Part shown: positions 25,173 through 33,893 of the stretch, one piece after another
How positions within the stretch are numbered: position 1 is the first letter of the stretch
How the letters are laid out: each line of letters begins with the position of its first letter
Notes under the pieces: generated by a model
Database searches by the model: none
What the model was told of the DNA's origin: nothing
The model's input: only the letters and a program-made list of their open reading frames with translations
Position numbers and translations under genes: made by a program
IMG/VR virus record: IMGVR_UViG_3300048905_000128
DNA: 64,000 bases
Strand: one strand, 5' to 3'
From: a virus

Positions 25173-25493
25173 TCAGGCCGCCTCGTCGAGGTGCCGGTAC
25201 CGCCGCGGCTGGCGGCGGGCCCGCCACCAGGCCCGCCACCACCGCCGAGGGGCCCGATGCCGCCCCCAGAGCACCACCAGCAGCCCCACCGCCGCCACCA
25301 CGACCCCGAGGAGCGGGTGACCGTTCACGGCCAGCAGGAGCGCCACCCCAACCCCCGTCATGACCTGCCAGACATTCGCCCGGACCGGCGCGGGCGGGTC
25401 CGGTTCCGGGCGGGTGTCCCCGACGACGATCACCCGCTGCGCCGGGTAATGCCGGGAGAACGGGAACCGCTCGTCGGCCTCCTCCGGGGTCAC
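25173..25493 (-). CDS. small membrane protein (106 aa)
   Basis: Track ORF with a GTGA overlap; two transmembrane helices and an Arg/Trp-rich tail. Confidence 0.55.
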   Translation of the reverse strand: MTPEEADERFPFSRHYPAQRVIVVGDTRPEPDPPAPVRANVWQVMTGVGVALLLAVNGHPLLGVVVAAVGLLVVLWGRHRAPRRWWRAWWRARRQPRRYRHLDEAA

Positions 25494-25831
25494 GCCGCGC
25501 CCTCCCCACGGATCAGCCGCAGCGCCGGACGGCCCAGCTCGACGTCGTGGTCCTCGACGACCGCGACAGGTTGCGCGGCCACCGCGGGCAGCGGGGCCGG
25601 CTGCGCCTCGCGGGCGTCGCGCTCGGCGGCCGCCGCGACAAGGTCACGGACCCGCAACTCCATCGCGGCCCGCCGCGCCGCCCACACGAGCACCAGCAGG
25701 GCGACGAGCCCGCCGACCGTCCAACCCCACCCGACCCGCCAGATCGCCAGAGTCACGACCGCGACGACCGCGACCGTCCCGTAACCCCACGGCCACACCC
25801 ACAGATCGGATGTCGCGGTCGAGGCCCTCAT
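25490..25831 (-). CDS. small membrane protein (113 aa)
   Basis: ATG 25831 (MRASTATSDLWVWPWGYGTVAVVAVVTLAIW...) with two transmembrane helices. Confidence 0.5.
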   Translation of the reverse strand: MRASTATSDLWVWPWGYGTVAVVAVVTLAIWRVGWGWTVGGLVALLVLVWAARRAAMELRVRDLVAAAAERDAREAQPAPLPAVAAQPVAVVEDHDVELGRPALRLIRGEGAA

Positions 25832-25836
25832 TCCGC

Positions 25837-26040
25837 TCACTCGCTCCTCCTCATGAACCCGAGCCGGATCCGCTTCCCCGACCCGCCGCAGCGCGGGCAC
25901 GGTCTCGATGCGGACTTACTGAGCGGCGACACGAACCGCCCCGCCCCGTCGCATTTGCGACACGGCTTGCGCCAGTAGCGGCGCGCATCCCACAGCCACA
26001 CGACCGCGACAACCACCACGAGCGCGACCAGCAGGGTCAC
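25837..26040 (-). CDS. membrane-anchored DnaJ-type zinc-finger protein (67 aa)
   Basis: N-terminal transmembrane helix plus two CxxCxGxG motifs (CRKCDGAG, CPRCGGSG). GTGA overlap. Confidence 0.6.
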   Translation of the reverse strand: MTLLVALVVVVAVVWLWDARRYWRKPCRKCDGAGRFVSPLSKSASRPCPRCGGSGKRIRLGFMRRSE

Positions 26041-26813
26041 AGCCGACCCCCAACCGCCGCCGCCGCGGAGTCACGCACCTCGGCGAGCCACGGCCACAAC
26101 CCAGCACCCAGCCACAGCGCCGCCGCCGTCATCCCGGCGAGCAGCACGACCTCCACCACGCCTCCGGTGTGGAACCGCAGCGGCCTGGGCAGCCCGACCG
26201 GGTACCAGCGCCGCCCCCGGATCGACAGCGGCCACAACAGCGGCGCCCCCGACTCGGTCAGCGCATCCCCGACGTCGTGCACGAGCATCCCCACCGCGAC
26301 AGCTGTCCCGGCCCAGGCGTGCCCGGCCCCGACCGTCCACCACAACCCGGCCGTCAGCAGCCCGGCCGCGGCCAGGGACGGCGGCCCGGGGATCAGGTGG
26401 TCGATGCCCTTCACGGCGAGGGCCAGGCCGACGAACACCACCGACCACAGCGCCCACGACCCCCACACGGCCACCGCGGCGTTCACGCCGACGCCGAGAG
26501 CGACGGCCGCCGCCCCGGTGTGGGTGAGCGCCCGATGAGTGCCCTCGCCGTGATCGCCGGGCCCGGCCGTCGCCCGGAACACGGCCGCCGACAGCGGCCG
26601 CACCACCCGGGAGGCGAGCCACGACGCCGGACCGAACCGGCGTGTGGCGGTCGACGTCGGGTGGTCGAGGTCGGGCAGCAGGCTGAACCCGGCCGTCAGC
26701 ACCGCGAACACGAGCGCGTCCTCACGGCTGTGCACACCCGCGAGCGCGGGCGCCGCGGACGCGAGCGCCAGGCCCACGAACGCACCCGACGTCGCATGAC
26801 TCACGCCCATCAC
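26037..26813 (-). CDS. membrane-bound metal-dependent hydrolase-like protein (DUF457/YdjM-like)
   Basis: LLPDLDHPTSTATRRFG and HRALTHTG motifs with multiple transmembrane helices. GGAGG SD 8 nt before GTG 26813. Confidence 0.6.
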   Translation of the reverse strand: MMGVSHATSGAFVGLALASAAPALAGVHSREDALVFAVLTAGFSLLPDLDHPTSTATRRFGPASWLASRVVRPLSAAVFRATAGPGDHGEGTHRALTHTGAAAVALGVGVNAAVAVWGSWALWSVVFVGLALAVKGIDHLIPGPPSLAAAGLLTAGLWWTVGAGHAWAGTAVAVGMLVHDVGDALTESGAPLLWPLSIRGRRWYPVGLPRPLRFHTGGVVEVVLLAGMTAAALWLGAGLWPWLAEVRDSAAAAVGGRL

Positions 26814-26955
26814 GTGATCCGCCTCCGCTCGTTCGTTCGCTCGTTCGCCCTCATCGCGCCCCCAATGCGCGCAGGCGTGTGCGGGTGTGCGCGGGCGCTT
26901 GCGCTCTCGCACGCGCGCACGTACGCGCGCGCGCACGGTGGGGTCACGGTGGGGT

Positions 26956-28767
26956 TCATGTCCGCACCCACTTGCCGCGCCCGCTGTTGCGGGCCCGGCC
27001 CGCCTCGGCGAGCTTCCGCAGCGCCCGGTCGACCCGGCCCCGATCCACGTCGAGGGCCTTCGCGATGGCCGTCGGCCCGATCCCGCCCTCGGCGGGGAGC
27101 TGGGCGAGCACCTCGTCCTCGAAGTCCGCCGCGGCGACCGCGAGGGATGGGGCGACCTCGAGCGCAGGCACCGGCCTGTGGTCGACGACCTGGGAGGTGG
27201 AGCCCGACAGGATCCCGGCCGACCCGTGGTCGAGCATGATCGCGCCCGCGTCGACGGCGGCCCGGATCAGCCGCTCCCGCTCACCGTCGGTCAGGTACAC
27301 GCCCTTCGCCACGCGCGGGATGTTGTGCTCGTCGTCGCGGAGCAGCCACGTACCGGCCTGCAACTGCGTGCCGTCCCAGCCCTGCTTCACCGCGGAGCCC
27401 CACAGGATGCCGTTCATGTGCTGGTCGAGGCGGCCCCCGAACACGGCCATCATCTGCGCCCGGAACTCGGTGGACCCGGCATCCTCCTTCGTGCCGTTCT
27501 GCAGCATCACGTAGATCCACACCTCGGCCTTGCGGGCACGCTCGGCGAGCACCGTCAACGGGCCCACGATCTCCGGGCCCAGCGCCCTGACCAGCGACGG
27601 AAGCTCGTCGATCACCAGGAAGATGGGGGTGCCGTCCCACTTCTTGAGCTTCCGTTTGCGCATGTCGCGCTCGCGGTGCTCCACGGCCGCCATCACGCGG
27701 TTGAGCAGCTCACTGGCCTGCCCGGCGGTCGTCGCGACCGGGGCGAGCATCGTCGGCTCCCACTCCCCCAGCGACACCCCGCCCGCCATGTCGACCCCGA
27801 CGACCCCGGCCCGGCCGATCGTCATCCACGCCATGAGCGTGTCGCCCATGACGGACTTCCCGCCGCCGGACTGGGCGCAGATCATCGTGTGGCGGGTCAT
27901 CTTGTGCCCGAGCGGCGCCCGGTCCTCGAGCCTCGCCACGTTGCACAGCTCCGAACGCAGGTCTATCTGCCCGAACGGGATCGGGCCGGTCTTCGGGACC
28001 CCCGGGTGCGGGATGACGCCCTGCCACGGGTTCCGCGGCACGATCCGCACCAGCACCCGCCGCGAAGACGCCGCCTGCGAGATCGTCACCGCCCCCGGTC
28101 GCAGATGCGTGGACAGGGCGGACTCGACCTCCCTCGCGGTCCCGCCGACGCTCTTGACCGTCTGGGCGCGTCGCAGCTCGATGACCAAGTCGGTGACGAG
28201 CCGGTCGCCAGTCGTCAAAGACGGGATCACCCGCGACCCCTCGAAGGCCTTGATCGACGATGCGACATGCGGCCACCGTCGCGCCCACCGCGACGAGCGA
28301 CGCCGCGACCGGAACCGGCGATGCCACCACCACGGCAGCCCGAGCGATGCGACAGTCGCAGCCCACGCGATCCACGCCGGCTGCGACATCCCCGCCCACG
28401 CGATGAACGCCATCCAGCCGCCGCCGACCGCGACGAGCGCCGCCAGGTAGGTGCGTTCGCTGTCGCGGTCGAGCACGCCTTTGCGTCCGGCGTCGATCCG
28501 CTCCGGGACGAACCACGCCAGGGCCCGCTGCAGCCACGGCGACAGCCGGTGCCCGGCGTGTAGCAGCACCGGTGCGACACCGAGTGCGACGAGCGCGACC
28601 ACCGCGGCCGCCCAGGGTGCGACAGCGTGTAGCAGCAGGCCTGCGACGAGGATCCCGGCCGCGACAGCCCACGGGGCCAGCCCGGACCGGTACCGCCACA
28701 GCCGCCGCGACACCCACCGGGCCGCCCGCCAGGTGCGGCGAGCGGTCCGCTTCGTCGACGCCTTCAC
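26956..28767 (-). CDS. FtsK/SpoIIIE-family DNA translocase (TraB-like), N-terminal membrane anchor, C-terminal wHTH
   Basis: 603 aa with Walker A (AQSGGGKSV), Walker B (IFLVIDELP) and N-terminal transmembrane helices. The C-terminus is GIGPTAIAKALDVDRGRVDRALRKLAEAGRA. Confidence 0.85.
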   Translation of the reverse strand: MKASTKRTARRTWRAARWVSRRLWRYRSGLAPWAVAAGILVAGLLLHAVAPWAAAVVALVALGVAPVLLHAGHRLSPWLQRALAWFVPERIDAGRKGVLDRDSERTYLAALVAVGGGWMAFIAWAGMSQPAWIAWAATVASLGLPWWWHRRFRSRRRSSRWARRWPHVASSIKAFEGSRVIPSLTTGDRLVTDLVIELRRAQTVKSVGGTAREVESALSTHLRPGAVTISQAASSRRVLVRIVPRNPWQGVIPHPGVPKTGPIPFGQIDLRSELCNVARLEDRAPLGHKMTRHTMICAQSGGGKSVMGDTLMAWMTIGRAGVVGVDMAGGVSLGEWEPTMLAPVATTAGQASELLNRVMAAVEHRERDMRKRKLKKWDGTPIFLVIDELPSLVRALGPEIVGPLTVLAERARKAEVWIYVMLQNGTKEDAGSTEFRAQMMAVFGGRLDQHMNGILWGSAVKQGWDGTQLQAGTWLLRDDEHNIPRVAKGVYLTDGERERLIRAAVDAGAIMLDHGSAGILSGSTSQVVDHRPVPALEVAPSLAVAAADFEDEVLAQLPAEGGIGPTAIAKALDVDRGRVDRALRKLAEAGRARNSGRGKWVRT

Positions 28768-29633
28768 GCCGTCACCTTCCGGGCCGCCCGCCGGGCGGCC
28801 TGACGGTCACGGTTGTAGCGCCTGCGGGCCTCCTCGACCGTCTCCCCCGGCATCGGCTTCGCCGAGAGCACCCCGGACGTCGTGTCGCGACGTCGCGGTG
28901 TCGCAGGCTTCGCCGGGCGGGCCTGCGCACGCACCGTCGCCGGCGACGTCGCGGCAGCCGCGACACGAGACGCGACCGGCTCAGCCGCGACAACCGGCGT
29001 CGGGGGCGGCTCCGGCCCTGTGGCGGCCGTCGCCTCGGCCTTCCGTGTCGCCTTCCAGCTCTCCCACGCTGCACGAGGGTCATCGGTGAAGGTGTCGATC
29101 GAGTGCCGCCACACCCGCGGCGTCACGAGCGGGAAAGCGAACCACCGCGACAGCCCGAACACCGCCCCGTGCGTGTCCGACGTCCCCCGCGCGGCGAGGA
29201 TGATCGCCTGGCGGCGGCGGGTGTGCATCCCCCACAGCCACGGCGACATCACCGAGAACACGGCGAACATGAATGCGAGCGGTGTCGGCGCCCAATGGTC
29301 GGAGAAATGCCACCACTGCAGCAGTGCCGCCCCGATCGCCAGCCCGTACGACGCGAGACGGCGACGGGCCGCCTGCAGTGTGGCGTTGCGGAGCAGCTCG
29401 TCATGGGCGTGCCACTGCACCGACAGTGACAGCGACTCGAACCCGGCCGACGCGGCGATCGACAGCGCGATACGGGCCCCGAGAGGCCAGCCGCTCGACT
29501 CGGTGATCCCCAGCAGGGCGATCACCTGCCCCGTCATCGCCAGACCGGTGTCGAGCACCAGCGGGACGAGCAGGTGCAGCGTCGGGAGGTGGCGGGCCCA
29601 GTACCCGGGCCGCTCCCCCGTGTCGGCGCTCAT
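28764..29633 (-). CDS. polytopic membrane protein, DUF2637-like (289 aa)
   Basis: ATG 29633 in ATGA overlap. Four hydrophobic helices and a basic C-terminal tail. Adjacency to the FtsK-like gene is as in actinobacterial conjugative elements (from memory). Confidence 0.6.
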   Translation of the reverse strand: MSADTGERPGYWARHLPTLHLLVPLVLDTGLAMTGQVIALLGITESSGWPLGARIALSIAASAGFESLSLSVQWHAHDELLRNATLQAARRRLASYGLAIGAALLQWWHFSDHWAPTPLAFMFAVFSVMSPWLWGMHTRRRQAIILAARGTSDTHGAVFGLSRWFAFPLVTPRVWRHSIDTFTDDPRAAWESWKATRKAEATAATGPEPPPTPVVAAEPVASRVAAAATSPATVRAQARPAKPATPRRRDTTSGVLSAKPMPGETVEEARRRYNRDRQAARRAARKVTA

Positions 29634-29842
29634 GCGACGTTCCCGCGCTGCTCGAGGTTCTCGATCCACGACTGCAGCTGTGCGCGGACGACCTCGGCTG
29701 CGTCGGCGGCCAGCGCGGGCGGCGCGTTCCGGATCGCCGCGGCGAGACGGTCACCGAGCACGCGGATCAGCGCGTCGGGGGTGGTGGCCGCGGCTTCCCG
29801 CGCGGCGAAGAACGCGACGCGGTTGTCCAGGGTCCCAGGCAT
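29630..29842 (-). CDS. hypothetical protein (70 aa)
   Basis: ATG 29842 (MPGTLDNRVAFFAAREAA...) with a GAGAGGA SD. Confidence 0.5.
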   Translation of the reverse strand: MPGTLDNRVAFFAAREAAATTPDALIRVLGDRLAAAIRNAPPALAADAAEVVRAQLQSWIENLEQRGNVA

Positions 29843-29872
29843 TACGAGTCCTCTCGGGGTCGTGCGGGTCGC

Positions 29873-29907
29873 GCGGCAGCCCGGGGGCGCCATCCCAGGG
29901 CTGCCGC
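29873..29907 (-). terminator. GC hairpin
   Basis: GCGGCAGCCC pairs with GGGCTGCCGC. It lies between CCCCTACCCC (29914) and the SD of gene 29842. Confidence 0.45.
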
Positions 29908-29930
29908 GCAGGTGGGGTAGGGGTCGCAGG

Positions 29931-30116
29931 TCAGCCGATCTGTCGGTTGCAGCCGACGCAGTAGGCGGAGGAGAAGAGCAGCCCGGAGTGCACGCACACG
30001 TCGGCGTCGGCGCACTCCGGGTGCCGCTCGACGTGCTTGTCCATCCGCTTGTTCGCGGCCTTCCGATCCCCCGCGCTCACCGTGTTGGGCTGCCAGTGCG
30101 CCCGGTGGTTCGCCAC
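29931..30116 (-). CDS. small zinc-ribbon-like protein (61 aa)
   Basis: AAGGAGA SD 5 nt before GTG 30116. Sequence: VANHRAHWQPNTV...HPECADADVCVHSGLLFSSAYCVGCNRQIG. Confidence 0.5.
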   Translation of the reverse strand: MANHRAHWQPNTVSAGDRKAANKRMDKHVERHPECADADVCVHSGLLFSSAYCVGCNRQIG

Positions 30117-30245
30117 TGCTGTCTCCTTGCGTGTGCGCGCACGCGGTCGCGGGCGTGCGCGCGTTGTGTGATTCGGTCGCCCGCCGGGGCTCCGGGAGGG
30201 GACTCGGAGGGCGGCACCCGGCGGGCGACCGCTGCACGCCACGCT

Positions 30246-30264
30246 ATCCAATGACTGATTGGAT
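30246..30264. promoter_or_regulatory. palindrome ATCCAAT-N5-ATTGGAT (operator-like), with an extra ATCCAA half-site at 30272
   Basis: Lies in the divergent intergenic region upstream of the XRE cassette. TTGACT is at 30285-30290. Confidence 0.5.
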
Positions 30265-30342
30265 CGTCTACCATCCAAGGGCACGTTGACTCGATCGGCG
30301 CAGCGCCGGACACTCGAACCGCTGACCGCGGGAAGGGGACCC

Positions 30343-30561
30343 ATGAAGATCACGACGCTGCGCACCATGGCCGGAACGAACAAGTGCCCGGACATCGAGA
30401 GCTGTCCTGCTGTGCTCACCACCGACACCACCGACGACCTGTTCGTCGTCACGAGAGTGGTCGACGACCCGGCCGTACTCGCCGAGTTCGCACACCTGGT
30501 CGGCCCAGGCGAGCAGCTCGGCTACGTGCCGCGCGAGCTGCTCAAGGACCTGGAGGTCTGA
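30343..30561 (+). CDS. hypothetical small protein (72 aa)
   Basis: ATG 30343 (MKITTLRTMAGTNKCPDIESCPAVLTTDTTDDLFVVTRVVDDP...) with a GGAAGGGGA SD. Confidence 0.55.
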   Translation: MKITTLRTMAGTNKCPDIESCPAVLTTDTTDDLFVVTRVVDDPAVLAEFAHLVGPGEQLGYVPRELLKDLEV

Positions 30562-30563
30562 GC

Positions 30564-31127
30564 ATGGGCGACTTCCTGGAGCCCCACGAGGTCGGGCCCG
30601 TCATCCGCTCCTACCTGCGCGGGGAGGGCGACGTCGCGTGGCGGATCGAGCAGCTCCCTGCCTACGCGGTCACCTCCGACGGAGACGACTTCCGGCGTTG
30701 GCAGGCTGGGGAGCTCGAACCGACGTGGGAGCGCAAGCAGCTCAACTTCGATGTCCTCGCCCAGCGTGCGGCCAACGGGATCCGCTCGGAGCGGGTGCGG
30801 ATCTTCACCCCCGAGCTGACCGAGTACGAGCGGTACGCCTGCGAATGGGGCTACGCGCTGAATGGCCCGGCGGGCGAGGACATCCGCGTCCTGCATCGCG
30901 GCGAGCACAGGATCCCGCCGCTCCTCGGCTTCGACTACTGGCTCCTCAACGACACGGCAGTGATCCGGATGCACTACGACGAGGTCGGCCGGTGGTGCGG
31001 CGGCGAGTTCGCGCCCGAGCTCCTCGACGTCTGCCGCCGCGAGCGGGCCGCGCTGTGGGCGGCAGCCGAGCCCTTCGACACCTGGTATGCCCGCCACCCT
31101 GAGCTGCAGAGACGACTGGCAGCCTGA
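30564..31127 (+). CDS. DUF6879-like protein (187 aa)
   Basis: ATG 30564 with a GGAGG SD. MGDFLEPHEV...YWLLNDTAVIRMHYDEVGRW. The family assignment is from memory. Confidence 0.6.
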   Translation: MGDFLEPHEVGPVIRSYLRGEGDVAWRIEQLPAYAVTSDGDDFRRWQAGELEPTWERKQLNFDVLAQRAANGIRSERVRIFTPELTEYERYACEWGYALNGPAGEDIRVLHRGEHRIPPLLGFDYWLLNDTAVIRMHYDEVGRWCGGEFAPELLDVCRRERAALWAAAEPFDTWYARHPELQRRLAA

Positions 31128-31132
31128 TCGAC

Positions 31133-31987
31133 ATGACGGACAGTGCGTTTCCGGAGCGGCCCCCGCACAAGCTGGGGCCGCTCCTCCGCGCTGCCCGCCG
31201 AATCGCCGGCCTGTCGCAGAGCGCCGTGGCGAAGTCGACGAGCCTCCCCCAGTCGTCGGTGTCCCGCATGGAGCAGGACCCGCCGGGCAGCGTCCCGACA
31301 CCGAAGCAGGCAGTCGAGCTGGCGGACCTCTACCGGCTCCCCCACGAGTGGAGGGACCAACTGGTGCAGCTCGCCGAAGATCACAAAGAGCAGCGCGAGG
31401 AGCATCGATTCGTCGTCGTCCGCGGCCGCAACGTGCTGCACGTGCAGCGACGATTCCGTCGCCTCGAAGAGTCCGTGCAACGGATGCGGTCGTACTCGTC
31501 CGGGGTCGTGCTCGGTCAGCTGCAGTCACCGCGGTACGCGGCAGCCATCTTCGGCCAGCCCGCCGACTCCGAGGTCGTGCGCGAGCGTCTTGCCCGCGGA
31601 GTGCAGTCGGCAGCCAACAGCGGCCGCCGCTACGAGGTCGTGATGACCGAAGGGACCGCGTACCCGGGTCTGGGATCCGCCGAGGTGATGGTCGAGCAGT
31701 TCGAGCACCTGATCGAGGTGAGCCGTCTCCCCCACGTTGACCTGCGATGGATCGGCCGCGGCACGGTGCTCGACTCCCCGTCGTCGGTCCCCGGTTTCAA
31801 CATCTATGACGACACCGCGGTGGTCCTCAGCCAGGTCGATGGCGCTGCCACCCTCGACGACCCGGACGACATACTCCGCTACGTCGCCGAGTTTGATCGA
31901 CTCTGGGGTGCCGCCGCGGCTGGTGCCGAGGCGCGCGACGCGCTCGCCGAGGTCTCCGGCTGGTACTCCCGCTGGGCCGCCCAGTGA
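31133..31987 (+). CDS. XRE HTH regulator with DUF5753-like C-terminal domain (284 aa)
   Basis: HTH segment LGPLLRAARRIAGLSQSAVAKSTSLPQSSVSRMEQ, then a long C-terminal domain as in WhiJ/Scr1-type regulators (from memory). Confidence 0.75.
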   Translation: MTDSAFPERPPHKLGPLLRAARRIAGLSQSAVAKSTSLPQSSVSRMEQDPPGSVPTPKQAVELADLYRLPHEWRDQLVQLAEDHKEQREEHRFVVVRGRNVLHVQRRFRRLEESVQRMRSYSSGVVLGQLQSPRYAAAIFGQPADSEVVRERLARGVQSAANSGRRYEVVMTEGTAYPGLGSAEVMVEQFEHLIEVSRLPHVDLRWIGRGTVLDSPSSVPGFNIYDDTAVVLSQVDGAATLDDPDDILRYVAEFDRLWGAAAAGAEARDALAEVSGWYSRWAAQ

Positions 31988-32163
31988 GGCGCACCCGGAC
32001 CGCCGGATGCGAGAGCACCGGGCCTCGTCGTCGATCCCGCTCGGTCACGGGTTAAATCCCGCACGGGACGACACGTATTCGACCCCGGAATAGGTGACGG
32101 GTGTTCTGCGGTCTCTCCCCGTACTCTGCGAGGGCCCTACCCGTGCCCCGGAAGGTTCTCGCC

Positions 32164-32526
32164 GTGCCCCGTCTCCTCCCCCCACCCACCGGTCACCCGA
32201 CGCCCGAGACGTCTGAGCTGATCGCCCGGATCTACGCGCTCGCCGATGCCCCGTACGAGGACGGGGAGGACCGGCTGACGGCTATCCGGGACCTGCACCA
32301 CCTGTTCGATGCGGCGTCGGCGGCATGGGAGGTGGCCGTCGCCCGGGCGGCTGGTGAGGTGGAGACGGGTGCGACGCTGCAGGACATCGCGGACGTGTGC
32401 GGCATGGATTACGGGACGATCCGGGACCGCGCCGAGAAGGGGCGCGAGCGGGTCGGTGGCCGGGAGCGCGCACGGCTCGAAGCGGGGATGAAGGCGAGAC
32501 GGAGCCGGGGGCCCCGTAAGTCGTGA
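32164..32526 (+). CDS. HTH-containing protein (120 aa)
   Basis: GGAAGG SD 8 nt before GTG 32164. HTH-like segment ATLQDIADVCGMDYGTIRDRAEKG. Confidence 0.55.
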   Translation: MPRLLPPPTGHPTPETSELIARIYALADAPYEDGEDRLTAIRDLHHLFDAASAAWEVAVARAAGEVETGATLQDIADVCGMDYGTIRDRAEKGRERVGGRERARLEAGMKARRSRGPRKS

Positions 32527-32783
32527 CGCCCCGCCACTCCCCCGCCGCCCGCTGAGATCGATTCTCCCGATTCCCGCGCCCGCGAGCACGGGCGGCCCCG
32601 ACTGGCGCGTCCTCGTGGCGCTCAGCCCCTCGGAATGGCCATGCGGCCCCCGGGCCGGGCGTCGGGAACCGGCCCGGGAGCGGTGTGACGTGTGGGCAGC
32701 CCGCTACCCGACCGCACCCCGCCAAGAGGCCGCACGCGGGTAGCCAGTGAGTGGCCGACCGGCTGCCACCCTGCCGCACACCA

Positions 32784-32892
32784 GCGGCCAACAGGCGGCC
32801 AACATGCGGGCAACGGGCGGCACGGTGGTGGCCGACAGACGGCCAGTGTGCCGCGTGTCGGCCCGTCATGGATGGGACACGTGCCGCGTGTC
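32784..32892. repeat. phased short repeats upstream of parA (candidate centromere/operator)
   Basis: Four tandem 11-bp units at 32784-32827: GCGGCCAACAG, GCGGCCAACAT, GCGGGCAACGG, GCGGCACGGTG. GTGCCGCGTGTC occurs at 32848 and 32881, 33 bp apart. Confidence 0.6.
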
Positions 32893-32987
32893 TGTCGCCA
32901 ACCGGTGGGGGAGTGGTGGTGTACTTTCCGCGCGCAACCGGCCCACCTGCCACCCGCACCCCACAAGCCCCCCAGGAGCTCCCCGCC

Positions 32988-33893
32988 ATGATCGAGCGCA
33001 CCGTGTCCTTCATCAACGGGAAGGGTGGCGTCGGGAAGACGTCGCTCACCGCGAACCTCGGTGGGCTGATCGCCGCCGCCGGGTATCGGGTCCTGCTGTG
33101 CGATCTCGACCGCCAGGGAAACCTGGCCCGCGACCTCGGCATCAAAAATGACCCCAGAAATGATCTAGGTCGGTCGATGTTCGTCGCCGCCACCACCGGG
33201 GCCCCACTCGCACCCGTGGAGAACGTGCGACCGAACCTCGACGTCATCCCCGGCGGGAAGGTCATCGGCGAGATGGCGGGCGCGCTCTACTCCCGGGCCA
33301 TCCGCGGCGAGAGCGTCGACACAGCCGTCGAGCAGGCCCTCGCACCGCTCGCCGGGAACTACGACCTCATCCTGTTGGACTGCCCGCCGGGGGAGGAGAC
33401 GGTGCAGCGCATGGCGTTGACCACGTCGGAGTACGTCGTCATCCCCACCAAGAGCGACGCCGCATCCCTCGACGGGCTCGTCGAGGTCTCCGAGCTGTTC
33501 GCCGCCGTCCGCCAGTCGAGCAACCCGTACGTGCAGCTCCTCGGCGTGGTGCTGTTCGGGACCGGGGTGACGTCGAAGCGGATCGCCGCCGACACCCGCA
33601 AAGCGGTGGCGCGGGACCTGGGGAACCCCGACCTCGTGTTCGACGCCCGGATCCGGCACGTCGAGGCGGCCGCCGTGAACACCCGCGACGTCGGCCGTCT
33701 CGTCCACGAAGTCGAGGCCGACCTGCCCGCCGCGAAGGCGGCCCGGCTCGCGCAGCTGCGAGCCGGGCGGCACCGGGCCGACGACGCCGGGCCCCGGCTC
33801 GCCGCATCGGCCGCCGGGCTGGCCGCCGACTATGCGGCGCTCGCCCAGGAGTTCACCGCCCGTCTCGCCGAGCGCGTCGAGGTGGCGCCATGA
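32988..33893 (+). CDS. parA: ParA-family partition ATPase (301 aa)
   Basis: Deviant Walker A FINGKGGVGKTS, plus LLDCPPG. AGGAG SD before ATG 32988. Confidence 0.9.
   Translation: MIERTVSFINGKGGVGKTSLTANLGGLIAAAGYRVLLCDLDRQGNLARDLGIKNDPRNDLGRSMFVAATTGAPLAPVENVRPNLDVIPGGKVIGEMAGALYSRAIRGESVDTAVEQALAPLAGNYDLILLDCPPGEETVQRMALTTSEYVVIPTKSDAASLDGLVEVSELFAAVRQSSNPYVQLLGVVLFGTGVTSKRIAADTRKAVARDLGNPDLVFDARIRHVEAAAVNTRDVGRLVHEVEADLPAAKAARLAQLRAGRHRADDAGPRLAASAAGLAADYAALAQEFTARLAERVEVAP

Noticed and set aside
26887-28563. 558-aa plus-strand ORF and overlapping ORFs opposite the FtsK-like gene.
   Set aside because: The Walker A and B motifs and membrane anchor are on the minus strand, and the plus-strand translation is compositionally junk.
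26870-30162. GCGCGCAC/GTGCGCGC-rich blocks (26876-26946 and 30133-30162) flanking the transfer operon, considered as clt or TraB recognition repeats.
   Set aside because: By composition this 8-mer is expected roughly 10 times in the window, so the clustering is not clearly significant. It is worth revisiting only after a proper statistical scan.
32622-32991. Track ORFs (114, 99 and 134 aa and the N-terminal extension of the parA ORF) upstream of parA.
   Set aside because: They have no SD and junk composition. The region is better explained as a repeat-bearing regulatory or centromere region, and ParA starts at ATG 32988 with an AGGAG SD.
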